From Nemertoderma westbladi (taxonomy: Eukaryota; Animalia; Xenacoelomorpha), in the NCBI GenBank assembly GCA_032718475.1, contig JAUCBJ010008709.1, positions 46,234 through 110,233 of the forward strand: 64,000 nt of DNA, read 5' to 3'. A model generated the notes under the pieces. It worked only from the letters and a program-made list of their open reading frames with translations, was not told the origin of the DNA and did not search any database. The number at the start of each line of letters is the position of its first letter. Position 1 is the first letter of the stretch. Below are positions 61,501 to 64,000 of the stretch, piece after piece. The translations under genes were made by a program, and so were the position numbers.

Positions 61501-63252
61501 TTGGGTGTCGACCGGTGCACGTTGGGTGTTGACGGGTGTACATTGGGTGTCGATGGGTGTGTGTTGTATCCCGTCAATGAACTTGGTAATTAGGTGTAGT
61601 GGTTTCGGGAATTCGGGGTGGACAATACCCAAACCTTTACATGCCGATAATGAAAGGTATACTGCTCCCTTGGATATGTCTGGGCATATGTATACCCAGT
61701 CCCTGTGTGTTCTACCACTGATAGTGAGGCTGAGTTCAATGCGCCCCTCACATTCGATGGGTGTTCCGTTGGCGCCCTCTAGAGGGTAGTCTGGGTCTGT
61801 TAAATCCGTTATGTCCCACTCCTCCAGTATATCGGAACCAGCTGCTATAACCTGCGCGCCCGTATCGGCAATGCATGATTTATTCCCAATGTAGTCTCCT
61901 TTGTAGAAAAGATCTATTGGGACGAGGGGTCTGTAGTGAGCAGCTGTATATCCGTGTATGTCGGCGATTAGAATAGCGCCGGTGGACTGTGGAGGTTTCG
62001 AATATGTTTTACCAAGACATTTCGACGCAAAATGTCCCTGTTTTCCGCAGTGGTTGCATTTTTTATCGGCCGCCTTGCATGGTTGGTCTGTGGTGTGGGG
62101 CCAATTTCCACCGCAATTAATACATTTACCCTGAGATTTACAACGTTTGACAGCGTCACGGGCACTGGAAGAAGGTGTTTGTGAACGTTGTTGGGATTTA
62201 CTGTCCTTATCGCGTTTGTAGCGAGTTTTTGATTTTTGCGGATAACGTCCCCGTTGTTGGGTTGGTTGTGAAGTGGTGGAATGTTGAACCGCGTTTACTC
62301 GATGTTTCAGACGCTGGCCTTCCCTAGCAGCCATCTCCCGGTTACGGCAGAAATCCACAGTAGCGGCTCGGGAAAATAATGGTCGTTTACCGAAGAGTTC
62401 TTCCCGAGTTTCGTCATCCCGTATACCGCAGACAATAAGGGTTGTTAACCAATCGTCTTTGGACATTGACTCTATTTGTGCGTCGTCTGCCATCTCACAG
62501 AGTTTAATGTAAAAGTCGTCAAATTCCTGGCCATCGACTTGTTTCTGCCGTACGAGTTCATAGCGATCGACGGCAATGTTTTGATCCGCGCGTAGATAAG
62601 TGCGGATCTCGCCCAAGACTTCATGCATTTCCAAGGATGTATCTTGGTCGATTTCGAGTGTGTACTGTATCCGGTTTAGAAAATCCGGACTGCAGTATGA
62701 GAACAGTGTAGCAATCTTGTCAACCCTGGGTTTCTCGTCGAGTTTGGTGACCCTTGAGTAATTTAACCACGCAGATTCCCAGCGTTTAAACGATTTAAAC
62801 CGGATCCCCACGTCCAGGATTTGTGGGGGTCGCACAGTTAGTCTAGCGGTGTTTCCACTATCGGCGGTACCGGTACCGGTATCACGATCATGTAATCGAG
62901 GCGGTGTTGAAATGGTTTGCTGGTCCCGGGTTGCCGACTGTTGTTCCATGAATCGCATAAAACGTTCTTCTCGGCGTTCCTCGTCCTCGCGTCTTTGTGC
63001 ATCGAGTTGTGCGAGTAACCGGCCCAGGTCGTAGGTAGAACCCTGGGTGGAACCCGATGTAGTTGCATCGTATGTGTCCGTATCTCCGGACAGAGACAGC
63101 GATTTAATTAACCGTTTGCGTAGTACGACCGTGGCAGTTTTCGAATCATACTCCACGTCTGCGTTGTTGCAGTGTTCAATTAAAGTTGCCCTGGCGAGGC
63201 TGTTGATTACCTCCTCGGACAGATTGTAGGTATCCTCCGGGGAGATAGACAT
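58543..63252 (-). CDS. pol: Gypsy gag-pol polyprotein, uninterrupted ORF
   Basis: CINCGGNWPH..C and CNHCGKQGHFASKC knuckles, IADTGA protease, LDAKSGYWQ / IVDDIL RT, TDAS RNase H, HQG..CHSC / SDL / SDGG / HAE integrase; likely start MSISP. Confidence 0.95.
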   Translation of the reverse strand: MSISPEDTYNLSEEVINSLARATLIEHCNNADVEYDSKTATVVLRKRLIKSLSLSGDTDTYDATTSGSTQGSTYDLGRLLAQLDAQRREDEERREERFMRFMEQQSATRDQQTISTPPRLHDRDTGTGTADSGNTARLTVRPPQILDVGIRFKSFKRWESAWLNYSRVTKLDEKPRVDKIATLFSYCSPDFLNRIQYTLEIDQDTSLEMHEVLGEIRTYLRADQNIAVDRYELVRQKQVDGQEFDDFYIKLCEMADDAQIESMSKDDWLTTLIVCGIRDDETREELFGKRPLFSRAATVDFCRNREMAAREGQRLKHRVNAVQHSTTSQPTQQRGRYPQKSKTRYKRDKDSKSQQRSQTPSSSARDAVKRCKSQGKCINCGGNWPHTTDQPCKAADKKCNHCGKQGHFASKCLGKTYSKPPQSTGAILIADIHGYTAAHYRPLVPIDLFYKGDYIGNKSCIADTGAQVIAAGSDILEEWDITDLTDPDYPLEGANGTPIECEGRIELSLTISGRTHRDWVYICPDISKGAVYLSLSACKGLGIVHPEFPKPLHLITKFIDGIQHTPIDTQCTPVNTQRAPVDTQCTPVDTEHAPVGTQHEPVNTQHEPVDTQHEPVDTQHATSAINTISNDNQSIEIEKQKLLDEYSDVFGTRGQLRTMVGPPMTIELVDDAKPFCLYAHRPIPHPFREKTKKEIEDMLQKGIIERTGDRAVEWCHPIVVCQKPNQPGEIRITVDLTKLNSQVKRTIHNARSPGDVVSGRTPGTCLFSTLDAKSGYWQVELDEQSRDYTTFITPWGHYRFCRAPMGFISAGDSYNYRGDLALDGIPQIHKIVDDILVEDTNIDEHIDRVRTILDRCRQAGITLNPAKFNFAQTRVKFAGYIISKDGTEADPNKVKAITNFHNPQNITDLRSFMGLVNQLGCFSSEISTFATPLRDLLRTQNVFMWTANHEEAFNKVKQALVQPPVLATFDINAETRLETDASRLNGFGYDLLQRQDNQWKLISCGSRFITDTESRYATIELECIAIYYGIKRCRLYLAGLPTFTVVTNHRPLLTMFNNYTINQIENAKIQRMKAELQSQYQFRVEWQKGKQHRIADCLSRSPVDDPDEPDDITFTINALTISGNTENVMESDPIIQDLRDAALDDTKYQELIQEIKTDFSGLHNASPYIKLFKSICNNLSIYNDIVLYGDRIVIPKIYQQDTLDRLHASHQGMTRTKQRARQTVYWPGITRDIERTVSQCHSCQELLPSLPKETLMADKMPTRPFQFVSSDLFQIGGKHFLVYSDRLSGYPVVHEFRHDPSSQQVAFVTRKWFVDLGVPTKFKSDGGPQFSAASFKQFLKRWGVEWCPSTPHFPSSNGHAEITVKIIKRLLQKVPHCDTGSTEFQEGLLELHNTPRADGRSPNKIVFGRLLRSRVPAHHTHYAQQWRDESDAADHRTGELRHKTEELYNHDAHDHPKIRIGSTVRIQDPKTKRWNHVGTVVAVGERRDYRVKLPSGRTWWRNRRFLRLYHDPDRNPNITNPPTANPSNPIAKTPTLKMTIADTLPEPRRSTRRHQPIVRFGSTTTYPVP
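61392..61565 (-). repeat. 21-bp (7-aa PVDTQHE-like) tandem repeat in the PR-RT linker
   Basis: About 8 in-frame copies. Confidence 0.9.
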
Positions 63253-64000
63253 GTTGCCCAATGTTGACCTTGAATGTATGTGGCAACACAGCCAATAATC
63301 AAAGTATAAACGCAAATACAGCAATTAGCAGATTAGTATATCCAGTATGGCAGTACGGTTCAGTAGTACAGCAGTACAGGCAGACAGGTATTCCAGTATT
63401 CGCCGCGGTGTAGCCGTTGTTGTATGGGGTTTTTTATATTAAAAGCCCCGTTTTTTATGTTGCAGTGTTATCAGTTATTGTAAGTTACGTAGGTCATTAG
63501 CAAAGCCCATGTAGGGTGGTCAAAGCTAATAGACACAACTGCGCCATCTTATGTCTCTGTGTCATGAGAAAGTGTCAGTATGTAATAATGAACACAGGAC
63601 GTATATTCTATCAGCTCGGAAGTCTGAGTGTATGATCTATATATTAACTGCCCGACAGGTATGGTATGTATGTATATCTATATGTATAATGGACTTAGGT
63701 CCTTACACCTTTGTACGGTAATAATAGTCATAAGTATATTCACATCAGTTTATTTACGAAATAATGTCAATCTTTTTTGTCTGATTTTTAGATCCTGTTG
63801 CTATGGAGACGGCATTCAAGTTTAGTGTTGCGATTTCAAACACCTTTAATTATACAATTAGTTACAAAATATGCACCTAAGTTAGTTAAATTATGTTTAT
63901 TTTATTAGCATGGCCTTTCTGTAACTTTGGACAAGGTTAAGAATCTAAATTGGGCTGATATTTATGTCCTAACCTGACATGTGGGAGTGTTAACATAATT

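Larger units (their letters stand above)
58298..63747 (-). mobile_element. Full-length Ty3/Gypsy retrotransposon (Mag-like)
   Basis: 201-bp LTRs at 58298-58498 and 63547-63747 (1 mismatch seen), PBS TGGCGCAGTTG (tRNA-Ser type), PPT GGGGAAAGGGGGGA. Confidence 0.96.

Overview
Eukaryotic (probably invertebrate metazoan) heterochromatin-like window with no recognisable host gene. It holds two AT-rich satellite arrays (46-bp and 58-bp monomers) carrying nested mobile elements. In order: the 3' end of an LTR element (CCHC accessory ORF plus a 1.5-kb LTR holding an array of covarying RNA hairpins); the 46-bp satellite; two overlapping, oppositely oriented halves of one very large BEL/Pao family with 2.1-kb LTRs; the 3' end of a second LTR element with a homologous triple-zinc-knuckle ORF; a CORE-type tRNA SINE; the 58-bp satellite, interrupted by a non-autonomous Polinton/Maverick, a non-autonomous piggyBac, a near-intact BEL/Pao and a HINE-like element; then Crack-like and RTE-like LINE fragments, a solo LTR and a Gypsy element with an uninterrupted ORF. 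The best candidate for new biology is the large BEL/Pao family. It has no tRNA primer-binding site: the PBS position is complementary to a sequence inside its own LTR, which suggests self-priming. It also has a weak PPT next to a hairpin, a tRNA-derived Pol III cassette in the LTR, a 20-nt stem-loop repeated about 10 times per element in different reading frames, and a possibly spliced accessory ORF. All calls were made by eye; no database searches or folding programs were run.
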